A DNA stretch of 64,000 nucleotides, taken from NCBI GenBank assembly GCA_035541435.1, contig DATKNL010000002.1, forward strand, positions 67,962-131,961, given 5' to 3'. Both the position numbers and the translations under genes were made by a program. The DNA is from Minisyncoccota bacterium. Its GTDB lineage: Bacteria; Patescibacteriota; Minisyncoccia; UBA6257; 2-01-FULL-56-20. The notes under the pieces were generated by a model. It saw nothing but the letters and a program-made list of their open reading frames with translations, made no database searches and had not been told where the DNA came from. Positions 1 to 8,940 of this stretch are shown in pieces. The first letter of the stretch is position 1. Every line of letters starts with the position of its first letter.

Positions 1-158
1 CCGATGATGAGCATGCCGAGGGCGGCGATCACGATCCCGAGGAGCAGCAGCGGCCGGTTGCCGAGCGGGACCTCGACCATGGTAAGGTCGCGGCCCCAGT
101 CGTCGCTCAGCGATTCCTCGAACGAGATGTTGTTTGGCGATGTGCGCTTGCGCGGCAT
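1..158 (-). CDS. 5' fragment of probable penicillin-binding protein 2 (runs off window start)
   Basis: Manual translation MPRKRTSPNNISFEESLSDDWGRDLTMVEVPLGNRPLLLLGIVIAALGMLII: short cytoplasmic tail then a TM helix. Lies directly after mreB-mreC-mreD-like genes, where mrdA usually sits. Confidence 0.5.
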   Translation of the reverse strand, partial: MPRKRTSPNNISFEESLSDDWGRDLTMVEVPLGNRPLLLLGIVIAALGMLII

Positions 159-177
159 GGCTTCGTTGTGGACGTCG

Positions 178-615
178 TCAGTCGCGGTGCGCGCGCCGGT
201 TCAGGACCCCGAAGACGATCCCGCCGAACATGAGGCAGCCCGCGACGTCGATGACGAACGATCCGAAGTCGGCGACGAGGAACCTCGGCGCGACCGCGAG
301 ATAGAGCGTGAAAAGCCCCAGCACGATGAACGCGAGGCTCGCGGCCCACGGTTCCCATTTCGAATAGCGGTGCGCGAGATAGGCGGCGACGGTCACCGCC
401 GCGAAGATGAGCAGTTCGGGGCTCAGGGCGGGCTGCCAGTTGATGATGAAGATCGCCGCGAGCAGAAAGAACAGCACGTCCCAGATGTCGAACAGGAACG
501 CGAACGCGACGAGCGCCGCGAAGACGAAGTTCACGAAGACGCCGAGCGTCGCGAACCAGAACTGCAGCACGAACGCGAGCGCGAGGAAGAGGAGCGCGAG
601 GATGAACCGCATCAT
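178..615 (-). CDS. MreD-like multi-pass membrane protein
   Basis: 145 aa, about 5 hydrophobic segments, start overlaps the mreC stop. Confidence 0.55.
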   Translation of the reverse strand: MMRFILALLFLALAFVLQFWFATLGVFVNFVFAALVAFAFLFDIWDVLFFLLAAIFIINWQPALSPELLIFAAVTVAAYLAHRYSKWEPWAASLAFIVLGLFTLYLAVAPRFLVADFGSFVIDVAGCLMFGGIVFGVLNRRAHRD

Positions 616-1319
616 GAGCCCTGGGCGATCACGACCGTCTGAACCTTGTTGATGTCATAGGGAAAGACGAGGGTGGCCTCGGTGAAGAGGCTGTCGGCCG
701 ACGTGCTCGTCGCGCTCACCTGCCCGACCGGCAGGCCATAGGGCATGCCCGGCCCGGCGGCATAGACGATGCTGCCCGCCGCCACGCCCGCCGTGCGCGC
801 GATCGAGCCGATCTTCGGATAGGACCCTCCTTCGAACAGGCCGTCATAGCTCGAGGTCCCCACGCGCACCGGCATCGTGAAGCCGCTGTCGAAGATCGTC
901 TCGGCGAGCGATTCGTGCGCGAAGACCTGGGCGATGCGGCCGATGAGCATCCCCTGGAACAGCACGGCCGTGCCGGTCGTCACGCCGTGGTCCGCACCCG
1001 CATCGAGCAGGAGCTCGTTTTTGAAATTGAGCGGATAGCGGGAATAGACCATCGCGCGGAGCATCCGCGGCGACGCCTGCGGCAGCTGCTCCTCGACGGT
1101 CTGATAGATGGCGACCTGCGCCTCGAGCGCCTCGTTCTGCGCCTCGAGGTTCGGGGCCAGGGCGTCACCGGGCGCCGCGGACGACGCCTCGCCCACCCCG
1201 CTTCCGGGCGTAAGCCACTGGCGGATGCGCCAGCCATAGGACGGCGCGAAGAAAATCCCGCCGGCAAGAAGCACGAGCAGGACGCCGAGGATCCAACGAT
1301 GGGACCGCCGATAGGTCAT
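612..1319 (-). CDS. mreC: Rod shape-determining protein MreC
   Basis: N-terminal TM, short coiled coil, LLLDAGADHGV...LIGRI and TSG-like/PYGLPVGQV motifs; follows mreB. Confidence 0.85.
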   Translation of the reverse strand: MTYRRSHRWILGVLLVLLAGGIFFAPSYGWRIRQWLTPGSGVGEASSAAPGDALAPNLEAQNEALEAQVAIYQTVEEQLPQASPRMLRAMVYSRYPLNFKNELLLDAGADHGVTTGTAVLFQGMLIGRIAQVFAHESLAETIFDSGFTMPVRVGTSSYDGLFEGGSYPKIGSIARTAGVAAGSIVYAAGPGMPYGLPVGQVSATSTSADSLFTEATLVFPYDINKVQTVVIAQGS

Positions 1320-1340
1320 GAAAAAGGCTGCGATGAGAAG

Positions 1341-2384
1341 TTACAGGTTGATCGAGAGCGGCTTCAGCGGGTTGTCGAGCAGCTCGCGATGGCCCTCGAG
1401 GTTGTCGACGATCTGTCCCAGGCCGCGCACGACGCAGGTGAGCGGATCGTCGGCCACGTGCACGGTGACGCCCGTCTCCTTCTCGAGCAGCTCGTCGAGG
1501 CCGCGCAGCAGCGCGCCGCCGCCGCAGAGCACGATGCCCTGCCGCAGCACGTCGCCCGCGAGCTCCGGCGGCGTCTCTTCGATCACCTCGCGCACCGAGT
1601 CGATGATCGCGCGGAGCGACTTCGAGAGCGCCATGCGCACGTGGTTGTTGCGCAGCGCGATCTCGTTCGGCAGGCCGGTGCCGAGGTCGCGGCCGCGGAT
1701 CGGCACCTCCATCCGCTCGTCGAGCGGGATGGCCGATCCGACCGCGATCTTCGCGAATTCCGCCGTCGGCTCGCCGATCGCCAGGTGGAACTCGTCGCGC
1801 ACGAACCGCATGACGTCCTCGTTGAAGCGGTCGCCCGCGACCTTCAGGGTGCGCGAGACGACGGTGCCGCCCATCGAGATGACGGCGATGTCGGTCGTCC
1901 CGCCGCCGATGTCGATGATGAGGCTCGCCGACGGCAGCGAGATCGGCAGGCCCGAGCCGAGGGCCGCTGCGGTGGGCGACTCGACGAGATAGACCTTCGA
2001 GACGCCGGCGTTCAGGGTCGCGTCCTCGACGGACTTGCGCTCGACCTCGGTCAGGTTGTTCGGAATGGCGAGGATCGCGCGGCGGTACGAGACCATCGAG
2101 CTCGCCTTCGGGCGGCTGAGCAGGTGCCGCAGCATCTCTTCGGTCATCTCAAAGTCGGAAATCACGCCGTTCACGAGCGGGCGCACGACGTTGATGTGCG
2201 GCGGCACCCGGCCGAGCATCTTCTTCGCGTCGTCGCCAACCGCGAGCACGTGGTTCGTCTTGGTGTTCACGGCCGCGACCGATGGCTCGTTCACCATGAT
2301 CCCCCGCCCCTTCACATAGATGAGCGAGTTGGCCGTGCCGAGGTCGATGCCGATGTCTTTGAAAACCGAATCGAAGAGTCCCAT
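1341..2384 (-). CDS. mreB: Rod shape-determining protein MreB
   Basis: IGIDLGTANS, NEPSVAA, IDIGGGTTD and LCGGGALL actin-fold motifs. Confidence 0.97.
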   Translation of the reverse strand: MGLFDSVFKDIGIDLGTANSLIYVKGRGIMVNEPSVAAVNTKTNHVLAVGDDAKKMLGRVPPHINVVRPLVNGVISDFEMTEEMLRHLLSRPKASSMVSYRRAILAIPNNLTEVERKSVEDATLNAGVSKVYLVESPTAAALGSGLPISLPSASLIIDIGGGTTDIAVISMGGTVVSRTLKVAGDRFNEDVMRFVRDEFHLAIGEPTAEFAKIAVGSAIPLDERMEVPIRGRDLGTGLPNEIALRNNHVRMALSKSLRAIIDSVREVIEETPPELAGDVLRQGIVLCGGGALLRGLDELLEKETGVTVHVADDPLTCVVRGLGQIVDNLEGHRELLDNPLKPLSINL

Positions 2385-2406
2385 CCGATTTCGTAAATGA
2401 TTGCGT

Positions 2407-3630
2407 TTATTTGATAAGCTTGACGGCCTCGTCGAGCGGGACGACCTTCGCGTCCTTCTCGCCGCGCCGCCTGACTTCCACCGCGCCGTCCCCGACCTTC
2501 GGGCTCGTGACGATGCGCCACGGAATGCCGATCAGGTCCGCTTCGGCGAATTTTTCGCCCGCAGATGCCGCCCTATCGTCATAGAGTACATCAATGCCCT
2601 TGCTCCGTAAAGATTCATAGATGCCGTCGCCGTCCGCGCCGTTCAGGGCGAGCAGGTGCGCGTCGAACGGGGCGACCGATGCCGGCCACAGTATACCATG
2701 GTCATCGTGAAAAAGCTCGACGATCGTGCCCATGAGGCGCGTGACGCCGATGCCGTAGGAGCCCATGACCACATAGTCGCGCTCCCCCGCCTCGTTCGTG
2801 AATGTGAGGTCGAACGCCTTCGCATATTTCGTGCCAAGCGGGAAGATGTTGCCCACTTCGACCGCCTTCTTCGCGTGCACGACGCCGCCGCACTTCGGGC
2901 ACGCCGCGCCGTCGTGCAGCTTCGAGATCTCCTGGTTCTCGGCATAGTCGCACGTGCCGCAGACGAAGATGGTGTCCTCCCCCACGTCGCAGGCGACCTG
3001 GAACTCGTGCGTGTTGCTCACCGTGAATTCGCCGCCGGCGGCGAGGGTGTAATAGGCCTTCACGCCGCAGCGCGCGAACACCTTCTTATAGGCCTCGGCC
3101 ACGCGGGCGTAATAGTCGAACAGGTCCTTTTCGTTCGCGTGGAAGCTGTAGAGGTCCTTCATCAGGAACTCCCGCCCGCGCAGCAGGCCCGACTTCGCGC
3201 GCGGCTCGTGCCGGAACTTGGTCTGGATCTGATAGGCCGCGAACGGCAGGTCCTTATAGGAGCTCACGTAATGCGACGCGATCTCGCTCATCACCTCCTC
3301 GTGCGTCCAGCTGATGTTGAAGTTCGGCTCCTTCTCGTCGCCCGCCGTCACCTTATAGACGACGTCGACGTCCCACCGTCCGGTCGCCGTGAGGTATTTC
3401 TTCTCGTGGAGCGCCGACATGAGCATCTCCTCGCCGTCCACCGCGTCCATCTCCTCGCGGATGATGTTCGATATCCTGCGGATGACGCGCCACCCGAGCG
3501 GCAGCAGGGAATAGACGCCGGCCGAGTTCTTATAGACGAATCCCGCGCGGGTGAGCAGCTGGGCGTTCAACGCCACCTCGTCCTTCGGGGCCGACCGCTC
3601 GGTTTTCGTGAAAAGCTTCGATTGGCGCAT
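2407..3630 (-). CDS. proS: Proline--tRNA ligase (short form, no INS editing domain)
   Basis: Starts MRQSKLF (ATG at 3630); YQIQTKFRHEPRAKSGLLRGREFLMKDLYSF, EVGNIFPLG, MGSYGIG, ADLIGIP. Confidence 0.95.
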   Translation of the reverse strand: MRQSKLFTKTERSAPKDEVALNAQLLTRAGFVYKNSAGVYSLLPLGWRVIRRISNIIREEMDAVDGEEMLMSALHEKKYLTATGRWDVDVVYKVTAGDEKEPNFNISWTHEEVMSEIASHYVSSYKDLPFAAYQIQTKFRHEPRAKSGLLRGREFLMKDLYSFHANEKDLFDYYARVAEAYKKVFARCGVKAYYTLAAGGEFTVSNTHEFQVACDVGEDTIFVCGTCDYAENQEISKLHDGAACPKCGGVVHAKKAVEVGNIFPLGTKYAKAFDLTFTNEAGERDYVVMGSYGIGVTRLMGTIVELFHDDHGILWPASVAPFDAHLLALNGADGDGIYESLRSKGIDVLYDDRAASAGEKFAEADLIGIPWRIVTSPKVGDGAVEVRRRGEKDAKVVPLDEAVKLIK

Positions 3631-3758
3631 CGCGTGAGGGGTTGGAATTTCCCTAAGCGTAGCACGAAAGGAATGCGCGTGCCACACGCGCGGCGCGGCC
3701 CAATCCACAGCCCCGTTTCGCGGGGCGCGCGCCCGCGTGCTACAATACGGGCATTCCA

Positions 3759-5966
3759 ATGGCAACGTCCCAGCTCGCGCTTGAGACACCGCTGTATGAG
3801 ATCGTGGGCGCACGCGCTCCGCTCCTGCGGCGGCTTGAAAAGCTGGGCGTGAAGACCGTGGGCGACCTGCTCTGGCACTTCCCCGTCCGCTACGAGGACT
3901 ATTCGAAGACCTATTCGATCGCCGAGCTCGAGCCGGGGCAGCAGGCGACGATCCAGGGCACCGTCGAGGAGATGCGCGTGCGCCACAGCTTCAGGCGCGG
4001 CATGGAGATCGTCGAAGGGACGATCGCCGACGAGACCGGATCGATCCGCGCCGTGTGGTTCAACCAGCCCTACCTCGCGAACGTGCTGAAGCCCGGCCGT
4101 CGCGCGAACTTCGCCGGCAAGGTCTCGCTGTCCGAGGAGGGCGAGCTCTATCTCAACCATCCGGTCCACGAGATCATCCGCATGAACGCGTTCGGCGCCG
4201 CGCCGAGCCACACGGGCCGACTCGTGCCCGTCTATCCCGAGACCCGCGGCCTCACCTCGCGCTGGATCCGTTTCATCATGCAGTCGGTCTTCAAGCGCAA
4301 CCCGAGGCTCGACGAATGGCTCCCCGACTCGGTGCTCGCCGAATTCGGCTTCCCGGACGTGGACGACGCCATCCGCACGGTGCACTTCCCGAACGAGGCC
4401 GAGGAGGCCGCGCGCGCGAAGCTGCGGTTCTCGTTCGAGGAGCTCTTCTTATTGCAGCTGTGGAATGTCCGGCAGAAGGCTCGGCTCGCCGCCGAGCGGG
4501 CGCCGGCCGTCCCCGTCGACATCGAGCGCATCAAGGACCTGCTCGCCGCCCTCCCCTTCGAGCTCACCCCGTCGCAGAAGAAGTCGCTCTGGGAGATCAC
4601 GAAGGACCTTGCGAACGAGCGGCCGATGAACCGCCTGCTGCAGGGCGACGTGGGGTCCGGCAAGACGGTCGTCGCGGCGATCGGCGCGATCGTCGCCGCC
4701 GACCACGGCCTGCAGACCGCCTTCATGGCGCCGACCGAGATCCTCGCTCGGCAGCACTTCGAGACGATGAAGAAGCTCTTCGACCGGTTCGAGCGGCACG
4801 AGGGGCCGGACGCGAAAAAGCTGCCGGCGATCGGCCTCCTGACCGGCACGAACGCGGTCGTCTTCTATGAGCGCGACATCGAGGCGAAGGTCCCGAAGCA
4901 GGAATTCCACAAGCACGTGGCGGACGGCGCGGTGAGCGTCGTCTTCGGCACGCACGCGCTCATCGAGAAGGGCGTCGTCTTCAAAAACCTCGGGTTCGTC
5001 ATCATCGACGAGCAGCATCGCTTCGGCGTGCGGCAGCGCGCCGAGCTCCTCGGGCGCAAGACGCGCGAGAAGAAGCAGGCGGCCGGGACCGAGCGGCAGA
5101 TCCCCCACTTCCTCAGCATGTCCGCCACGCCGATCCCGCGCACGCTCATGCTGTCGGTCTTCGGCGACCTCGACCTGTCGCTCATCACCGAGCTTCCGTC
5201 CGGCCGCAAGCCGATCGAGACGCGCATCGTCTCCCCGATCGAGCGGCAGGCGACCTATGACTTCGCCCGCAGCGAGATCAAGAACGGCCGGCAGGCATTC
5301 GTCATCTGTCCGCGCATCGAGCCGAGCGAGGACGACAGCGCGAAGGCGGGCGGGCGGAACGAGGCGCAGAAGAAGCTCGACCTCCGGTCGGTGAAAGAGG
5401 AATACGACCGGCTCTCGAAGACCGTCTTCCCCGACCTCAGGCTCGCGATGCTCCACGGGCAGATGAAGGGCAGCGAGAAGGAATCCGTCATGAAAAAGTT
5501 CGCCGCCGGCGAGTTCGACATCCTCGTCACGACCTCGGTCGTCGAGGTCGGCGTCGACGTGCCGAACGCGACGATCATGATCATCGAGGGCGCGGACCGG
5601 TTCGGCCTCGCGCAGCTCTATCAGTTCCGCGGACGCGTGGGCCGCGGCGAGCACCAGTCCTACTGCTTCCTCATGGCCGAATCGACGTCCGACGCCGCGA
5701 ACGCCCGCCTGCGCGCGATCCTCGAGGCGAAGAACGGATTTGAGCTCGCCGAGCGCGACCTCGAGCTGCGCGGACCCGGCCAGTTCTTCGGCGAGGCACA
5801 GACCGGCCTGCCCGACATCGCGATGGAAGCGCTCCGCAACCCCGAGCTCGTTCAGGGCAGCCGCGCGGCCGCGCTCAGGCTCCTGCAGGAAGAGCCGCGC
5901 CTGACGAAATTCCCCGCGCTCCGCGCGCGGGTCGAGTCGTTCGGCAAGAAGATCCACCGGGAATAA
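3759..5966 (+). CDS. recG: ATP-dependent DNA helicase RecG
   Basis: PMNRLLQGDVGSGKT, DEQHRFGVRQR, SATPIPRTL, RFGLAQLYQFRGRVGRG. Confidence 0.97.
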   Translation: MATSQLALETPLYEIVGARAPLLRRLEKLGVKTVGDLLWHFPVRYEDYSKTYSIAELEPGQQATIQGTVEEMRVRHSFRRGMEIVEGTIADETGSIRAVWFNQPYLANVLKPGRRANFAGKVSLSEEGELYLNHPVHEIIRMNAFGAAPSHTGRLVPVYPETRGLTSRWIRFIMQSVFKRNPRLDEWLPDSVLAEFGFPDVDDAIRTVHFPNEAEEAARAKLRFSFEELFLLQLWNVRQKARLAAERAPAVPVDIERIKDLLAALPFELTPSQKKSLWEITKDLANERPMNRLLQGDVGSGKTVVAAIGAIVAADHGLQTAFMAPTEILARQHFETMKKLFDRFERHEGPDAKKLPAIGLLTGTNAVVFYERDIEAKVPKQEFHKHVADGAVSVVFGTHALIEKGVVFKNLGFVIIDEQHRFGVRQRAELLGRKTREKKQAAGTERQIPHFLSMSATPIPRTLMLSVFGDLDLSLITELPSGRKPIETRIVSPIERQATYDFARSEIKNGRQAFVICPRIEPSEDDSAKAGGRNEAQKKLDLRSVKEEYDRLSKTVFPDLRLAMLHGQMKGSEKESVMKKFAAGEFDILVTTSVVEVGVDVPNATIMIIEGADRFGLAQLYQFRGRVGRGEHQSYCFLMAESTSDAANARLRAILEAKNGFELAERDLELRGPGQFFGEAQTGLPDIAMEALRNPELVQGSRAAALRLLQEEPRLTKFPALRARVESFGKKIHRE

Positions 5967-5976
5967 GGTAGCGGCG

Positions 5977-7491
5977 CTACGCCGCCTTCGCGACCGCCTC
6001 CTTGCGCCCCTTGGGCGTCACCCAGAACCCGAGCCGGTACTTGCCGCCGAGCATGAGCCGCGTCTGCGCCTCGAGTCCCGGGAAGGCCCCGAAGACGATG
6101 AGCGTGACCGGCATGAAGGCCCACTGCAACAGATAGATGAGATAGCGGTACGGACCGAAGTCGCGCGGCTTCGGCGGCAAAAGCAGGATCGAGAGGATCG
6201 CCGAGCTCACGATGCCGAGCATCGAGAGCGTGATGATCCAGCGCGTCACGTGCGGCAGGTAGTATGCGAGGAGCGTCGAGCCGAAGTGCCGGCCGCCGAG
6301 GAAGAGCGGCAGCCATCCGAGCGCGAAGATCATGAGCGAGTTCGTCGCCCATGAATGGAATCCCTCGATCCCGTTGAAGGCCCAATAGCGCTTCTTCGCG
6401 GCCGGGATCTCGGGATCGCGCCGGAAGCCGTCGAGCATGTACGGGATGTTCTCGGCGCCCCAGCCCCACCGGCGCTGCTGCTTGTAGATGTTCCTCATCG
6501 TGCCCCAGAACGTCGGCGCGACGTTCGCGTCCATCGAGACGGGATAGAGCATCGGCTCGACGCGGAAGTCGCCATGATAGCGCAGATAGCCCTGCCAGAA
6601 GATGCGCGAGTCCTCCGAGACGATGTCGCAGTCCCAGAAGCCCACGTCGATGAGCGTCGAGAGCGGGATCGACTGCGACGAGAACGACGTGAGCCGCTCC
6701 GGCCGCGACTGCTGCATCATCTGCCAGAAGGTCGTCGAGAACGCGACGACGCGCGCGAGCGCCGGCGCCTCATAGACGTTGTTCGTGAAAAACGGGATCG
6801 GCTGATAGATCGCGCGCAGCGGGTCGCGCACCGTTAGAAAGAGGTACGTCAGCCGCCCGAAATAGTCCGGGAAGACCTGCGTGTCGACGTCAAAGACCGA
6901 CACGAGGACCCGCCCGTGCCCGATCCTCATCGGGTCGACGATCTTCGCCTGCGCCTCGCGGCCGGCCCATGCCTCGTTCGACCCCTTGCCGGGGATCTCG
7001 CCCGCCGCCCCGGCCGGGTGCACCGTCGTCATGAAGCGCCCGAACCGCGGACCGAACTCGCGCCCGATGCGCTCCCCCGTCTCGCGCGCGCCGGCGCCCG
7101 CACGCTCCTCGAGCGCGAGGACGACGATCATGCGGTCCGTCGGATAGCGCACCGCGAGCAGGCTCTCGAAGCTCTCCTTCACGACCTCGTACGGCTCGTC
7201 GTACATCGGCAGGATCACGAGGTGCCACACGTCCCGCCACGGCATGCGCACGCCGCCCGCCGACGCGAGCTTGTCGAGCTCGGCCTGCCAGTCCACTTTC
7301 ATATTGGCCTTCATCGCCTGATAGGTTGCCCGCAGGTGCAGCGAAAGGTACGCAGTCTTCAGGAGCCAATAGACGTCGAACAAAATGATGAACACCGACA
7401 CCCACACCGGCAGGAGCCAAGAAAAAAGGACCATCAGCACGATGGTCGACCACGCCAGGATTCCCGGCAGCATTTCGAAAAATCGTTTCAT
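5977..7491 (-). CDS. Membrane-bound GT2 glycosyltransferase (processive synthase-like)
   Basis: ILPMYDE, FDVD (DxD), VSED and QQRRW (QxxRW) motifs; TM helices at both ends. Confidence 0.85.
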   Translation of the reverse strand: MKRFFEMLPGILAWSTIVLMVLFSWLLPVWVSVFIILFDVYWLLKTAYLSLHLRATYQAMKANMKVDWQAELDKLASAGGVRMPWRDVWHLVILPMYDEPYEVVKESFESLLAVRYPTDRMIVVLALEERAGAGARETGERIGREFGPRFGRFMTTVHPAGAAGEIPGKGSNEAWAGREAQAKIVDPMRIGHGRVLVSVFDVDTQVFPDYFGRLTYLFLTVRDPLRAIYQPIPFFTNNVYEAPALARVVAFSTTFWQMMQQSRPERLTSFSSQSIPLSTLIDVGFWDCDIVSEDSRIFWQGYLRYHGDFRVEPMLYPVSMDANVAPTFWGTMRNIYKQQRRWGWGAENIPYMLDGFRRDPEIPAAKKRYWAFNGIEGFHSWATNSLMIFALGWLPLFLGGRHFGSTLLAYYLPHVTRWIITLSMLGIVSSAILSILLLPPKPRDFGPYRYLIYLLQWAFMPVTLIVFGAFPGLEAQTRLMLGGKYRLGFWVTPKGRKEAVAKAA

Positions 7492-7641
7492 GTTCGGTGC
7501 GGGCGCCGGCGCCCGCGATGACGACTCATCATACGGCCTAGACGCGAAAATATAAAGGAGGAGGCCGCAAGGCCTGACGCTTTAGCCCTCGTTTCCTTAA
7601 TGATACCACTGGCGGCCGCGCAGCCGGTGCGCCCCGGCTGA

Positions 7642-7670
7642 TTGACAACCATCGCGCCGCGTTTCACAAT
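7642..7670 (+). promoter_or_regulatory. sigma70 promoter
   Basis: TTGACA-17 bp-CACAAT upstream of ORF 7710. Confidence 0.6.
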
Positions 7671-7709
7671 GATCGCAGTTATTCCAAATCAAAAGGTCAG
7701 GAGGACCTT

Positions 7710-8099
7710 ATGAGAACTGCCGTAGCAGGCGCCTTCTGGTTCCTGTGCGTCGTAATGACCATCGCCGCTTATGAAGACCCGGTCGGTTACGCGGGCTCAG
7801 CCATCGCCCTCGGCGCCATGGCACTCGTCTTCAACCTGGCCGCCGCAAGGATCCTCAGAAGCTATCCGTTCCCAATCGCGGTCCTCGCCGTGATCGGCGT
7901 CAGCGTCGTCAATGTGATGCTTAACTTGCACTACGGCCGCTATTTTGCGGAATTGAACATCCTCGGGCGCGCGGCATTCTCCCTGGTTGTTGCTTTGGCC
8001 AACGCGCTCGCCGTGGTCCGCATCATCGATTGGCTCATGAACCGCTTCGCCGACCCGGCCATGAGAAAAACTGGCGGCATCGACGTGAGCGGATTCTAG
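7710..8099 (+). CDS. Hypothetical 4-TM membrane protein
   Basis: 129 aa hydrophobic ORF with AGGAGG SD, own promoter and terminator. Confidence 0.7.
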   Translation: MRTAVAGAFWFLCVVMTIAAYEDPVGYAGSAIALGAMALVFNLAAARILRSYPFPIAVLAVIGVSVVNVMLNLHYGRYFAELNILGRAAFSLVVALANALAVVRIIDWLMNRFADPAMRKTGGIDVSGF

Positions 8100-8147
8100 G
8101 AGGCCGCCGGCATGGCTTTCCGCCGCCATTCACCATCAATAAAAATC

Positions 8148-8174
8148 AGCCGGGGCCCGCGCCTCGGCTTTTTT
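8148..8174 (+). terminator. Intrinsic terminator
   Basis: AGCCGGGGC-ccgc-GCCTCGGCT followed by a T run; A run upstream, so possibly bidirectional. Confidence 0.7.
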
Positions 8175-8194
8175 GTTTTCAAAGAAAACGGGCA

Positions 8195-8818
8195 TCACAG
8201 CACCCGGCTTCGCGCGATATCGAACCATGACGGATCAACCTCGTCGAGCGCTTCGACAAGGCCGGGGCCGTCGATCAGTTCGAGCGGCAGGCCTTTCGCC
8301 CATGAGCGGGCGGCCGCCGTATAGCCCGCGGTCGTCACGAAAAATCCCTTGTCGGCCTTGACCTTCAACATGCTGCCATAGAGGTCGCGGATCGGGGGTT
8401 CCCCGATCTTCTTGTCCGCGCGGTAGTGCTTCACCTGCGCGACGGCGGTCGCGCCGTCTTTCTTAAGGACAAGATCGAGGCCGTGGTCCCCCGTCTTGCC
8501 GGTAACGGTGACGTCATATCCCCAATGCTCGAAAAGCCATCCGATCAGCTTTTCGAACGCGCGGTCGTCGATCGTCGCGAGATCGCTCATAGCGATGGCG
8601 GCAAGCCACAGGCTGCTCTGCCGGCGCTTCCTCCTGAAGACGCTCACGGCGACGGCGATAATCAGGACGGCAGCGAGGACCGCGAGCACCGTGACGATCG
8701 TCGCACCGCTCGGCTTGAAAACCACGAGGCCCGCCAGCACGACAAGCGCCGCGAGGACCGCGAGCGCGTTGCCCGGCGAGGACTGCTTGCGATAATACCG
8801 TCTGCGGCGGCGCGACAT
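8195..8818 (-). CDS. Membrane-anchored Mrr-family restriction endonuclease
   Basis: Two N-terminal TM helices; FEKLIGWLF, GDHGLDL, AVAQVKHY (D..QxK), FVTTAGYT..A, LIDG Mrr_cat motifs. Confidence 0.85.
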   Translation of the reverse strand: MSRRRRRYYRKQSSPGNALAVLAALVVLAGLVVFKPSGATIVTVLAVLAAVLIIAVAVSVFRRKRRQSSLWLAAIAMSDLATIDDRAFEKLIGWLFEHWGYDVTVTGKTGDHGLDLVLKKDGATAVAQVKHYRADKKIGEPPIRDLYGSMLKVKADKGFFVTTAGYTAAARSWAKGLPLELIDGPGLVEALDEVDPSWFDIARSRVL

Positions 8819-8859
8819 GAGGTGTAGCGTTTAGTATACAAAATTCGACGATACTCAGT

Positions 8860-8888
8860 TTGACAACGTAGCTAGCCTATTATATAAT
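8860..8888 (+). promoter_or_regulatory. Perfect-consensus sigma70 promoter
   Basis: TTGACA-17 bp-TATAAT. Confidence 0.8.
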
Positions 8889-8940
8889 TAGCTCGGTATT
8901 TTGGAAATCGAAATCACTGCACAGACAAGGAGAAGAAGCG

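Noticed and set aside
7553-7600. Small hairpin cluster upstream of the GT2 gene (AGGCC-GCAA-GGCCT within GAGG/CCTC)
   Set aside because: Hammerhead-like words (CTGA, GAAAC) fall on opposite strands; too short to support a ribozyme or riboswitch call.
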